Part shown: positions 7,888 to 17,990 of the stretch, piece after piece | Numbering within the stretch: position 1 is the first letter of the stretch | Layout: every line of letters starts with the position of its first letter | UHGV virus genome: UHGV-1369056 | Strand: one strand, 5' to 3' | DNA from: a virus | DNA: 39,253 bases | Program-made: the position numbers and the translations under genes | Notes under the pieces: generated by a model | Database searches by the model: none | What the model was told of the DNA's origin: nothing | The model's input: the letters and a program-made list of their open reading frames with translations, nothing else

Positions 7888-8320
7888 GGTCGGGGATGTT
7901 GTTCGCTACGCTGGGACGCATAGTCAATTTATTGGCCGCTATGATGGTAAGGTTCTTAGCGTATGTAACTCAGGGGACTCAGTAGAGGTGAAATGGCCTG
8001 GGCTTATTGAGCCAGTTAAACACGGTAAAGCCGCACTAATTATCACCAATACTGTTCAGGACAAACCAGAAGTCCGTGACGACGCTGTACGCAAGCCATC
8101 CCACTATCAGGTCTTTGACGGCGTAGAGTCCATTGAGATTATCGCCCGGTCCATGACTGTCAGCGAGTTCCGTGGTTTCTGCATGGGTAACGTCCTGAAG
8201 TATCGACTACGAGCTGGCAAGAAGTCCGAGCTGGCTACTATGGAGAAGGACCTGAACAAAGCGGCCTTCTATCAGGAGCTGTTCGACCTGCATAAGGGTA
8301 AATGCTATGATTCCGAGTGA
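7880..8320 (+). CDS. 1.7: gp1.7-like nucleotide kinase (C-terminal domain conserved, N-terminal region divergent)
   Basis: The C-terminal 75 aa (KPSHYQVFDGVESIEIIARSMTVSEFRGFCMGNVLKYRLRAGKKSELATMEKDL...HKGKCY) closely match the T7 gp1.7 C-terminus as recalled; SD gaaggagg. Confidence 0.8.
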   Translation: MIKVGDVVRYAGTHSQFIGRYDGKVLSVCNSGDSVEVKWPGLIEPVKHGKAALIITNTVQDKPEVRDDAVRKPSHYQVFDGVESIEIIARSMTVSEFRGFCMGNVLKYRLRAGKKSELATMEKDLNKAAFYQELFDLHKGKCYDSE

Positions 8321-8402
8321 GTGGTGCCGGGAGATGTACGAGAAGACTCTCAACCCGGACTACATTACGTTATACAACCAATGGAAGGAGCGCGGTTTAT
8401 GA
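8307..8402 (+). CDS. Small ORF (31 aa) overlapping the gene 1.7 end and gene 2 start (gene 1.8 position)
   Basis: Hand-read [34 protein letters not shown]; its stop overlaps the gene 2 ATG (ATGA). Position corresponds to T7 gene 1.8; identity not established. Confidence 0.3.
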   Translation: MIPSEWCREMYEKTLNPDYITLYNQWKERGL

Positions 8403-8557
8403 CTGAGGTTGAGAAGAAATACATCGTGGAGCTTGAGGGTCGCGTTCAGTCCTTCGAGGTTCCGGTGTACGCAAAGTCTCTCGAAGAGGCTACCTTGAAG
8501 TCCCAAGAGTATGAGGACGCTGGGTTTGTGGTCGGACGGATTCGTCCTGAGGCCTAA
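8399..8557 (+). CDS. 2: Gp2-like inhibitor of host RNA polymerase
   Basis: [35 protein letters not shown] matches T7 Gp2 (SFEVPIYAETLDEA...AGFEVTRVRP). ATG 8399 with SD aaggag is preferred over the GTG at 8321 used by the ORF track. Confidence 0.8.
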   Translation: MTEVEKKYIVELEGRVQSFEVPVYAKSLEEATLKSQEYEDAGFVVGRIRPEA

Positions 8558-8575
8558 ACTATCACTGTAGGACAG
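8553..8575 (+). promoter_or_regulatory. Phage RNAP promoter variant (CACTGTAGG core), CCTAAACTATCACTGTAGGACAG
   Basis: Consensus match except G at -3; upstream of the SSB gene (T7 phi2.5 position). Confidence 0.55.
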
Positions 8576-8614
8576 ACGTCCAGTTCGTAACTTTAAATTA
8601 GGAGATTTACACCA

Positions 8615-9313
8615 ATGGCTAAAGAGCAACTGAAGACTTTCACCACTCCGGTAGCTGGTATCGTTGAGCCTTACGCATGGCTGAACAAAGCAGACACCAA
8701 GTTTAATGAGCGTGGTGAGCATAAGGTTAACCTGACGTTCGACCTGAGCAACCCGAAGGTCCGTAAGATGATTGATGTCTTACAGAAGATTCACGACGAT
8801 GCGTATGCGAAAGCACTCGCAGACCACGAGAAGAACCCACCTCAGGTTCAGCGTGGCAAGAAGCCTATTGAACCACGAGAAGGCGACATGCCGTGGATTG
8901 AGAATGGTGACGGTACTGTTACCCTGAAGTTTAAATGCTTTGCGTCTTACCTGAAGGATGGTAAGTCAGAGCCTATAGTATTACGGTTCTACGACACCGA
9001 TGCTAAGTTAATCCGTGACGTCCCGAATATTGGCGCTGGCTCCAAACTGAAGGTCAAGTTTAAAGTCCTGCCGTTCAAGTGGAACGCTGCGACTGGTGCA
9101 AGCGTTAAGCTCCAGCTTGAGTCATGCCTTCTGGTAGAACTGAAGGAGTGGAAAGGTGATGGTGCTGGTGGCGATGGTGGCTGGGGTGATGATGAAGACC
9201 TCGGTACTGGCTACAAAGCGTCAACCGATGGTGACTTCGGGTCTGATGACTTCGGTGACGATGGTTCCGAAGGTGGTGACGACTCTAACTCTGGTGGCGA
9301 TTACGACTTCTAA
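8615..9313 (+). CDS. 2.5: Single-stranded DNA-binding protein (T7 gp2.5 homologue)
   Basis: 232 aa; KKPIEPREGDMPW, GGSKLKVKFKVLPFKWNAATGASVKLQLES and an acidic C-terminal tail ending in DF, as in T7 gp2.5. Confidence 0.95.
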   Translation: MAKEQLKTFTTPVAGIVEPYAWLNKADTKFNERGEHKVNLTFDLSNPKVRKMIDVLQKIHDDAYAKALADHEKNPPQVQRGKKPIEPREGDMPWIENGDGTVTLKFKCFASYLKDGKSEPIVLRFYDTDAKLIRDVPNIGAGSKLKVKFKVLPFKWNAATGASVKLQLESCLLVELKEWKGDGAGGDGGWGDDEDLGTGYKASTDGDFGSDDFGDDGSEGGDDSNSGGDYDF

Positions 9314-9765
9314 TGGCCCAATGGTCTGCAAAACGGGGGCACTCTGTGGGTGCCTACCGCTCTGGACTTGAAGCCAAGAACCAGCAGTGGCTGGAACAGA
9401 ACGGCGTCAAAGCGGAGTACGAAAGCCATTATATCAACTATGTGATTCCGGCTTCCGACCACAAGTACACACCAGACTTTATCCTTCCTAACGGTATCAT
9501 CGTGGAGACCAAAGGTATCTTCGATAGTGATGACCGTAAGAAGCACCTTCTGGTACGAGAACAACACCCTGAGCTGGACATACGGTTCGTGTTCTCAAGT
9601 TCCCGCTCCAAGTTATACAAAGGGTCTCCGACCACGTATGGCGCATGGTGCGAAAAGAACGGCTTTAAGTTTGCCGACAAGTTTATCCCAGTTGAGTGGC
9701 TGAGGGAGGTGACTGTACGTCTTCCTTCCGGCATCCTCATCCCTAAGAAGAAAGGAGTTAAGTGA
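9313..9765 (+). CDS. 3: Endonuclease I, Holliday-junction resolvase (T7 gp3 homologue)
   Basis: VGAYRSGLE, YVIPAS.H.YTPDF.LPNGI.VETKG, DSDDRKKHLLVREQHPELDIRFVFSSSRSKLYKGSPTTYG match T7 endonuclease I. Confidence 0.95.
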   Translation: MAQWSAKRGHSVGAYRSGLEAKNQQWLEQNGVKAEYESHYINYVIPASDHKYTPDFILPNGIIVETKGIFDSDDRKKHLLVREQHPELDIRFVFSSSRSKLYKGSPTTYGAWCEKNGFKFADKFIPVEWLREVTVRLPSGILIPKKKGVK

Positions 9766-10220
9766 TGATTACCTGTAAAGACCTTGAAGTTGGAACACGT
9801 TACAGATTCTCAAAGAACACACTGATGAATAACCCCCAATTCACTGATGCTGTTTTTGAAAAGCGAGAAGACCATAGCGTAATTGTGGAGAAGGGGTGGC
9901 ATCCTGAGGATTACATTGGGGAGACTACCAGCTGGAATGGTCACGAGACCTACAGTGTAGAAGTTGTTGAACAGCCTCAGGTCCTGCCAGCTTCTAGCGT
10001 ACCGCCTGTGACTGTGAAGCGTGAAGTCCTGACAATCGACAAGATTGGTGTAGGTCAGACGTTCATCGTCCACGGAAAGCCTGAAGAAGTTTACGTGAAG
10101 ATTAGCAACTCACACGTCTTCAACCATAAGCGTCTCCAGATGCACACCACGGACGCACAACGCTTCACCCAGCACCTGAATCTGGTGGTCGTAGAATTGG
10201 TGGTGTACAATGGTAAGTAA
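9765..10220 (+). CDS. Hypothetical protein (151 aa), accessory gene between endonuclease I and lysozyme
   Basis: ORF with SD aaaggag; ATG 9765 is preferred over GTG 9762; no recognisable motif; T7 has no gene of this size here. Confidence 0.5.
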   Translation: MITCKDLEVGTRYRFSKNTLMNNPQFTDAVFEKREDHSVIVEKGWHPEDYIGETTSWNGHETYSVEVVEQPQVLPASSVPPVTVKREVLTIDKIGVGQTFIVHGKPEEVYVKISNSHVFNHKRLQMHTTDAQRFTQHLNLVVVELVVYNGK

Positions 10221-10668
10221 GGTACAGTTCAACCCACGGTCCCGTACTGACGCTATCTTCGTTCACTGTTCGGCTACCAAGCCAGAGATGGACATCGGGG
10301 TAGAGACCATCCGTATGTGGCACAAGCAGCAAGGATGGCTGGACGTAGGCTACCACTTTATCATCAAACGTGACGGTACTGTGGAAGAGGGCCGCCCGGT
10401 CAATGTCGTAGGGTCACATGTTAAGGACTGGAACTCACGGTCTGTAGGCGTCTGCCTTGTAGGTGGAATAGACGCTAAGGGTCAGTTTGAAGCTAACTTC
10501 ACTCCAGCCCAGATGAACTCCCTGCGCAACAAGCTGGCTGACCTGAAGGTCCTGTATCCTCAGGCAGAAATCAAAGCACACCATGACGTGGCACCGAAGG
10601 CGTGTCCAAGTTTTGACTTGCAACGCTGGCTATCTACCAACGAACTGGTCACTTCCGACCGTGGTTAA
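10210..10668 (+). CDS. 3.5: N-acetylmuramoyl-L-alanine amidase / T7-type lysozyme (gp3.5 homologue)
   Basis: TDAIFVHCSATKP, GWLDVGYHFIIKRDGTVE, GVCLVGGID, ANFTPAQM, HH.VAPKACPSFDL.RW and C-terminal NELVTSDRG are near-identical to T7 lysozyme. Confidence 0.97.
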   Translation: MVSKVQFNPRSRTDAIFVHCSATKPEMDIGVETIRMWHKQQGWLDVGYHFIIKRDGTVEEGRPVNVVGSHVKDWNSRSVGVCLVGGIDAKGQFEANFTPAQMNSLRNKLADLKVLYPQAEIKAHHDVAPKACPSFDLQRWLSTNELVTSDRG

Positions 10669-10692
10669 TAAACTCTAAAGGAGAACAACTCA

Positions 10693-12677
<1,985 letters not shown>

Positions 12678-12730
12678 CTGGGAGTCATTCGACGAGTGGC
12701 AAGAACTCAACGATTCAGACAGGAGAAATA

Positions 12731-12895
12731 ATGCTAAGAAAACTTAAAGCTCGCTACCATCGGTTCATGTACAAATGGTGGAGCGACGCAGCAACCTGCC
12801 TGTCCAACATTCTGGGAGACCAGAGGTTCGACTCTAAGGCATGGAAGAAAGCTAACCGTAAGTTTATGTATCACTTCTTGCGTACAGACTTATAG
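12731..12895 (+). CDS. Hypothetical small basic protein (54 aa)
   Basis: ATG 12731 with SD aggaga, in frame with track ORF 12656..12895; position corresponds to the T7 4.x small genes. Confidence 0.4.
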   Translation: MLRKLKARYHRFMYKWWSDAATCLSNILGDQRFDSKAWKKANRKFMYHFLRTDL

Positions 12896-12941
12896 GTCTA
12901 AACTCAAGGTCATTCACATAGAGTGGCCTTTATGATTAGAC
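12895..12941 (+). promoter_or_regulatory. RNase III-like processing stem-loop (copy B of 3)
   Basis: Lower stem gtctaa/ttagac, upper stem aaggtcatt/agtggcctt, loop cacatag; same architecture as copies A and C; located just upstream of the DNA polymerase gene, like T7 R4.7. Confidence 0.55.
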
Positions 12942-12958
12942 TAAACGGAGGATTAACC

Positions 12959-15130
12959 ATGTTTGACCTTAAGAGTATCTGGGGTTCTGACATCGAGACC
13001 AACGGTCTCCTTGATACAGTCTCCCAGTTTCACTGTGGGGTCCTGATTAACGCCGAGTCGAATGAGACCCTTAAGTATGGGGTAGCTCCGATGGTCGGTA
13101 TCGTCGGTGGCTTCAAAGAGTATGTTCATAAAGTGGAAGAGATTGCCGCATCGCCTGATGGTATGCTGGTATTTCACAACGGTATCAACTATGACGTACC
13201 GGCTATCGACAAGCTGAAGCGTCTGTACTTTGGGAAACGTTTTAACTTCCCGAAACACAAGATGATTGATACATTGGTGCTGGGACGCTTGATGTATCCA
13301 AACATCAAGTTCTCAGACATGGGAGCGGTGAAAGCTGGTCGTCTGCCGCCTCAGATGATGGGACGCCAGTCTCTTGAGGCTTGGGGTTATCGTCTTGGTG
13401 AGATGAAGGGTGAGTACAAGCATGATTACGTTGCCAAATGCAAGGCTGAAGGTATCAAATATAAGGCTGGGGACGAATGGTTGTTCCCGTCTCAGGAGAT
13501 GCTGGACTATAACGTTCAAGACGTTGTGGTAACACTGGCTTTGTTCAAGAAGTTCCTGACTGACAAGTATTACTTCCAGTCTGAACAGTTCGCTTTCGAC
13601 CAGATTTATGCGTTGCGTCTGGAACATGATGCTGCGTGGACCTGTGCGAAGATGGAACGTAACGGATATCCGATGAACATCGAGATGGTCGAAGGCTTAT
13701 ATCGTGAACTCACCGTCAAACGTGCAGAGTTGCTGGACAAGCTGCGTTCGACTTTCGGTAGCTGGTACGCACCAAAGGGAGGCAAGGAGTTCTTCAAGCA
13801 CCCACGGACAGGCAAGGACCTTCCGAAGTATCCGCGAGTCGTGTACCCTAAGGTAGGTGGCATCTTTAAGAAGCCGAAGAACAAAGCTCAACGCTTAGGT
13901 CTTGAACCTTGTGAACGCGATACGCGAGACACGATGGAGGGAGCACCGTTCACACCTATCACCTACGTTGAGTTTAATCCGGGAAGCGGAGACCACTTAG
14001 CGAAAGTCTTGATGGAGCGGGGCTGGGAGCCTGTGGACTTCACTGACACAGGGAAACCTGTAGTCGATGACGAGACGTTAGAACACGTTAAGTTGCCAGA
14101 CGCAGAGGCTCAGGCTTGCGTAGAGCTGGTCCGTGAGTATCTGGTAGTCCAGAAGCGCATAGGTCAGGCGGCTGAAGGTAAGAACGCATGGTTGAAACTT
14201 GTAGGTCCAGACGGACGTATGCACGGTTCAATCAACCCATGCGGGGCAGTAACCGGACGTGCGACTCACAGTTCACCAAACATGGCTCAGGTCCCTGCTA
14301 ACGGTGCTCCGTATGGTGAGATTTGCCGTGGTGCTTTCGGTGCAGCTTGGAACAAGACGGATGGTAAGCCAGACCCTTGGATTCAAGTGGGTGTGGATGC
14401 TTCAGGTCTTGAGCTTCGTTGTCTTGGGAACAGAGCGGCTCCGTTTGATGGTGGTGCATATGCGAAGACTGTGGTCGAAGGTGACATCCACTGGGCCAAC
14501 GCAGTAAACGCTGGGTTAGCACCTAACGTCCCACGCGATAAGTCGAGCCACGACCATGATGCTTTCCGTGACAACGCTAAGACGTTCATCTATGCGTTCC
14601 TGTATGGTGCAGGGGCCGCTAAGATTGGACTGATAGTAGGCGGTGGGAAGAAGGAAGGTTCAGCTCTCATGAAGAAATTCATTGAGGGTACACCAGCCAT
14701 CAAAGACCTCAGGGAAGCTGTGAGTAATACGTTAATCTCAGACTCTAAGTGGGTGGACGGTGAGAATATCGTCAAGTGGAAACGCCGTTGGTTGCGTGGA
14801 CTTGATGGTCGCCGTATCCACATCCGGTCGCCGCACTCAGCACTGAACGCATTACTTCAAGGTGATGGTGCGGTAGTCTGTAAGCACTGGATGGTTCTGA
14901 CGGAGAAGAAACTTGAGGAGGCTGGTTATGGTAACGGTTGGGATGGGGACTTTGCGCTAATGGCTTGGATTCACGACGAATTGCAGATTGCGTGTCGTAC
15001 TCAGGAGATTGCCGAAGAAGTCGTCCGTATTGCACAAGAAGCAATGCGTGAGGTCGGACGTTTTTATAACTTCAAGTGTGAGCTTGATACGGAGGGTAAG
15101 ATTGGACCAACGTGGAAAGAATGCCATTGA
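12959..15130 (+). CDS. 5: DNA polymerase (T7 gp5 homologue, family A)
   Basis: Exo motif DIETNGL, FHNG.NYDVPA, GEMKGEYK, YNVQDVVVT, HPRTGK.LPKYPR, KVGGIFKKPKNKAQR, AVTGRATH, DASGLELRC, DNAKTFIY.FLYGAG, HDE.Q and C-terminal GPTWKECH match T7 gp5. ATG 12959 with SD ggagga is preferred over ATG 12923, which lies inside the upstream hairpin. Confidence 0.97.
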   Translation: MFDLKSIWGSDIETNGLLDTVSQFHCGVLINAESNETLKYGVAPMVGIVGGFKEYVHKVEEIAASPDGMLVFHNGINYDVPAIDKLKRLYFGKRFNFPKHKMIDTLVLGRLMYPNIKFSDMGAVKAGRLPPQMMGRQSLEAWGYRLGEMKGEYKHDYVAKCKAEGIKYKAGDEWLFPSQEMLDYNVQDVVVTLALFKKFLTDKYYFQSEQFAFDQIYALRLEHDAAWTCAKMERNGYPMNIEMVEGLYRELTVKRAELLDKLRSTFGSWYAPKGGKEFFKHPRTGKDLPKYPRVVYPKVGGIFKKPKNKAQRLGLEPCERDTRDTMEGAPFTPITYVEFNPGSGDHLAKVLMERGWEPVDFTDTGKPVVDDETLEHVKLPDAEAQACVELVREYLVVQKRIGQAAEGKNAWLKLVGPDGRMHGSINPCGAVTGRATHSSPNMAQVPANGAPYGEICRGAFGAAWNKTDGKPDPWIQVGVDASGLELRCLGNRAAPFDGGAYAKTVVEGDIHWANAVNAGLAPNVPRDKSSHDHDAFRDNAKTFIYAFLYGAGAAKIGLIVGGGKKEGSALMKKFIEGTPAIKDLREAVSNTLISDSKWVDGENIVKWKRRWLRGLDGRRIHIRSPHSALNALLQGDGAVVCKHWMVLTEKKLEEAGYGNGWDGDFALMAWIHDELQIACRTQEIAEEVVRIAQEAMREVGRFYNFKCELDTEGKIGPTWKECH

Positions 15131-15245
15131 CGGAAAGTCCCAGCACTTCACTGGTGCTGCTAGTGAGCTATATGCAAGCTTTAGGCTGACAGCCAATGGG
15201 CATCAAGTGTTCCTCCCAGCATTCACGCAGTCAAAGGCAGACTTG

Positions 15246-15500
15246 GTGGTCGATATAGACGGGACCCTTACGAGGGTTCAGGTCAAGACCGGAACGAAGC
15301 TGAAGAACTGTAATAGCATACAGGTAAGGCTGGGAGGATGTGGTAAGCCGACTTACAGTCCTGGAGACATCGACCTACTAGCGGTTGTTTATCAGGATTT
15401 CCTCTGGCTTATACCGTTCACTGAAGAGGTTAGAGTCAAGACCTCTATGTGTATAAACTTAACGTCTGACAAGAAGTACGGACAATTTAAACAGGAGTAA
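15246..15500 (+). CDS. Hypothetical protein with a PD-(D/E)xK-like motif; start codon uncertain (no in-frame ATG)
   Basis: The frame is open from 14988 (inside gene 5) to 15500 with no ATG after the gene 5 stop; GTG 15246 (SD-like aaagg ~9 nt upstream) or GTG 15207 are possible starts. Contains DLVVDIDGTLTRVQVKTG, resembling the PD...(D/E)xK nuclease core; rich in rare codons (agg, ata, aga, cta). Confidence 0.3.
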   Translation: MVDIDGTLTRVQVKTGTKLKNCNSIQVRLGGCGKPTYSPGDIDLLAVVYQDFLWLIPFTEEVRVKTSMCINLTSDKKYGQFKQE

Positions 15501-15505
15501 CACTA

Positions 15506-15790
15506 ATGGCTATTACTAAACGTATTCGTGTAAGTTTCGACCTGAAGATGGTTATTAACTCAAAGGAAGAAGAGACCGTGTGTCGCCAACTGGCTGAGAT
15601 GACTAAAGCCTACGCTGATGGTGAGAAGTTGGATGGGCTTCAGTTGGCTCTGGTCAAAGCAGCAATCGAGTCAGGCCCTGAGTCTGCCCTTGAAATTGTC
15701 GCCAAGAAGAACATCAAGGAAGAGCTGGTAGACTCCTTTGGTGAGGGCCAGTTCGGTGTGTCCAACCTGCGATTCGAGGTCAAGCAATGA
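15506..15790 (+). CDS. 5.5: gp5.5-like protein (H-NS-binding protein homologue)
   Basis: N-terminus MAITKRIRVSFDL resembles T7 gp5.5 (MAMTKKFKVSFDV); position between genes 5 and 5.7. Confidence 0.75.
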   Translation: MAITKRIRVSFDLKMVINSKEEETVCRQLAEMTKAYADGEKLDGLQLALVKAAIESGPESALEIVAKKNIKEELVDSFGEGQFGVSNLRFEVKQ

Positions 15791-15996
15791 GTGAATACCT
15801 TCGGGTCCTTGCGGCCCTTAAGTCCTGCCCGAAGACCTTTCAGTCCAACTATGTGCGCAACAACGCTGCGCTTGTGGCTGAGGCTGCGAGTCGTGGACAT
15901 CTAAGCTGCCTGTCTATGGATGGGCGTAACAACGGTGCGTGGGAGATTACAGCTTCTGGCACCAAGTTCCTGAACCAACACGGAGGCTGCCTGTGA
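15787..15996 (+). CDS. 5.7: gp5.7-like protein
   Basis: 69 aa; LKSCPKTFQSNYVRNNAALVAEAASRGH.SCL...GAWEITASGT.FL is near-identical to T7 gp5.7 as recalled. Confidence 0.85.
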   Translation: MSEYLRVLAALKSCPKTFQSNYVRNNAALVAEAASRGHLSCLSMDGRNNGAWEITASGTKFLNQHGGCL

Positions 15997-16859
15997 GCGA
16001 AAAGAAAATAGCTCTGGTGCTGGACGGTGACTACTTAGTGTTCTCTTCTATGGCTGCTGCCGAGGACGAGACAGACTGGGGTGATGACATCTGGACCCTT
16101 ATCTGCGACCATGAGAAGGCTCGTCGTATCCTTGAGAACACCATCGCTGAAATCGTTAAGAAGCGCAAGGCGTGGAAAGACGCTAAGATTGTGATGTGCT
16201 TTACTGACGATAACAACTGGCGTAAGGACGTTCTGCCTACCTATAAGGCCAACCGTAAAGGTTCTCGCAAGCCTGTAGGTTACAAGAAGTTCGTAGCCGA
16301 AGTGATGGCTGACCCACGGTTCAACAGCTTCCTACGTCCTACGCTTGAGGGCGATGACTGTATGGGTATCATCGGGACCCGACCTCAGATTGTCGGATGT
16401 GACCATGCGGTTCTGGTGTCCTGTGATAAGGACTTCAAGACCATCCCGAACTGTGAGTTCTTCTGGTTAACCACTGGTGAAATCCTAAGTCATACGACTG
16501 CCGAGGCAGACTACTGGCACATGGAGCAGACCATCAAGGGTGACACTACAGATGGCTACGGTGGGATTCCGGGGATGGGCGAGGACACAACTCGTGCGTT
16601 CCTTGACGAGCCGTACTACTTCGTGCAGGAGAGCCGTGAGCTTAAGACTGGCAAGAACAAAGGCCAGATTAAGACTGAGTGGAAGAAGTATCCTAAGCGA
16701 GAGGACATGACGTTGTGGGACTGCATGGTTACACTGGCTGCTAAGGCTGGCATGACCGAGGAGGAACTTCTGGTCCAAGCTCAGGTCGCTCGTATTTGTC
16801 GAGCCTCCGACTATGACCCTAAGTCCAAGGAGGTCATCCTATGGACACCATCCATGTAA
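15993..16859 (+). CDS. 6: 5'-3' exonuclease (T7 gp6 homologue)
   Basis: LVLDGDYLVF, WR...LP.YKANRK...KPVGY, LEGDD.MGII, SCDKDFKTIPNC.F.W.TTG.IL, IKGD.TDGY.GI.G, TLWDC....AKAGMTEE match T7 exonuclease. Probable GTG start at 15993 (SD ggagg 8 nt upstream, overlapping the 5.7 stop) rather than ATG 15939 inside 5.7. Confidence 0.9.
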   Translation: MSEKKIALVLDGDYLVFSSMAAAEDETDWGDDIWTLICDHEKARRILENTIAEIVKKRKAWKDAKIVMCFTDDNNWRKDVLPTYKANRKGSRKPVGYKKFVAEVMADPRFNSFLRPTLEGDDCMGIIGTRPQIVGCDHAVLVSCDKDFKTIPNCEFFWLTTGEILSHTTAEADYWHMEQTIKGDTTDGYGGIPGMGEDTTRAFLDEPYYFVQESRELKTGKNKGQIKTEWKKYPKREDMTLWDCMVTLAAKAGMTEEELLVQAQVARICRASDYDPKSKEVILWTPSM

Positions 16860-16933
16860 TTTACTGGGTCGGACTTCTGGCCCTTTACTGCATGTACAAG
16901 TGGTTCGGGTCGAACAACCGTCCTAAACACTGA
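16841..16933 (+). CDS. Small hydrophobic protein (30 aa, MDTIHVIYWVGLLALYCMYKWFGSNNRPKH)
   Basis: Hand-read ORF with strong SD aaggagg 8 nt upstream; overlaps the end of gene 6; position of T7 gene 6.3. Confidence 0.35.
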   Translation: MDTIHVIYWVGLLALYCMYKWFGSNNRPKH

Positions 16934-16985
16934 GTCTAGCCGATAGTCATATCCTATCAATCCAACAGTCATCCATAGGTGAAAC

Positions 16986-17008
16986 ACTAAACTATCACTA
17001 TAGGGACT
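16986..17008 (+). promoter_or_regulatory. Phage RNAP promoter, ACTAAACTATCACTATAGGGACT
   Basis: Consensus match; upstream of gene 6.5 (as T7 phi6.5). Confidence 0.8.
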
Positions 17009-17069
17009 TTAGGACCTAAGATATGACTATAAGATAGACTTTAGTCTTAACTTAAAGAGGAGATTCAAG

Positions 17070-17342
17070 ATGGCGATTAATGCTATTGAAAACGTTGTTA
17101 AGCAGTTACAAGAAGAAAGACTTGATGTCCCGAACATCTCCCAATCTGCCATCCAGTTCCTGCACGTATTGTTCAACGCAAGCTACGCTGAGAAGATGGG
17201 AGCTATCAGTCTCCTCAAGCAGCAGGGCTACAGCGATGCGTTCATTGCAGGGTTCATCAAGGGTCTCCAGTATTGCTCTGACACTCTCGACTCTGCGATT
17301 GCTATGCGTCGTGAGCTGAAAGATACCGTTCAGTTCGATTAA
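17070..17342 (+). CDS. 6.5: gp6.5-like protein (90 aa)
   Basis: Position and size; SD aagaggag; follows a phage promoter. Confidence 0.55.
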   Translation: MAINAIENVVKQLQEERLDVPNISQSAIQFLHVLFNASYAEKMGAISLLKQQGYSDAFIAGFIKGLQYCSDTLDSAIAMRRELKDTVQFD

Positions 17343-17356
17343 CTGTAGGAGGGACT

Positions 17357-17581
17357 ATGTGTTTCAGTCCAAAGATTAGCACTCCGAAGCCTTCGGTCCA
17401 AGCACCTGAACCAGCACCTCTGAGTGAGGAAGTTGCGTCAGTTGACATCGGGGCTGAATCTGATGTGGACACCAACGAGACCAAAGGTATCAAAGACCTG
17501 AAGGTCAAGAAGGAGTCTGCACCTAAAGATAAATCGTCAGTTAGCCGCGCTATGCGAGCCTCTGGCGTCAACATGGGGTAA
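17357..17581 (+). CDS. 6.7: gp6.7-like virion protein
   Basis: N-terminus MCFSPKISTPK and EPAPL.EEV.SV match T7 gp6.7 (MCFSPKIKTPK...AVEPAPLTQEVSSV). Confidence 0.8.
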   Translation: MCFSPKISTPKPSVQAPEPAPLSEEVASVDIGAESDVDTNETKGIKDLKVKKESAPKDKSSVSRAMRASGVNMG

Positions 17582-17585
17582 GACA

Positions 17586-17990
17586 ATGCTACCATATCTC
17601 AACTCACGCGAAGGTCGCCACATGTGCGCTTGTCGCCTCTGGGAAGACGGGCAGTCTAACTTCAAGTCATTCGAGGACTTCAAGGCTCATACTTACCGTA
17701 TGGCTGACGAGTTCGACGGTGAAGAATACACAATCTACGATGTCTCAGGTCAACCAGTAGCGTATCTCTACATGCTGGCTACCGCATCTTGGCACCGACC
17801 GACTCCCGGTCTTGACCTTTCAATCGTCGCTATTCGTCGTGACTCGCAGTCCTCCCGCAAGGTTCTTGAGACTGTCAGGCACATCATAGACGAAGAGTGC
17901 AAGCGTTGGGGTCTTGGCTGGTATTCTCGTGTCAAGCATGTTTCTGGGTCGGTAGACATCGTAACAACTAAGGAGATTAATCGTGGGTAA
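17586..17990 (+). CDS. 7: gp7-like protein (host-range / virion assembly protein)
   Basis: Position and size (134 aa) equivalent to T7 gene 7; no sequence match checked. Confidence 0.5.
   Translation: MLPYLNSREGRHMCACRLWEDGQSNFKSFEDFKAHTYRMADEFDGEEYTIYDVSGQPVAYLYMLATASWHRPTPGLDLSIVAIRRDSQSSRKVLETVRHIIDEECKRWGLGWYSRVKHVSGSVDIVTTKEINRG

Noticed and set aside
9156-9371. 71-aa ORF overlapping the SSB C-terminus
   Set aside because: It is the alternative reading of the repetitive Gly/Asp-rich SSB tail; no RBS.
12923-12958. Upstream ATG (12923) as the DNA polymerase start
   Set aside because: It lies inside the RNase III-like hairpin; ATG 12959 has SD ggagga and aligns with the T7 gp5 N-terminus.
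14988-15130. TTG at 14988 as the start of the post-polymerase ORF
   Set aside because: It would require a 143-nt overlap with the DNA polymerase gene in another frame; more likely the frame is open there by chance and the real start, if any, is after the gene 5 stop.
17080-17319. 79-aa ORF in an alternative frame of gene 6.5
   Set aside because: Entirely embedded in gene 6.5; chance ORF.
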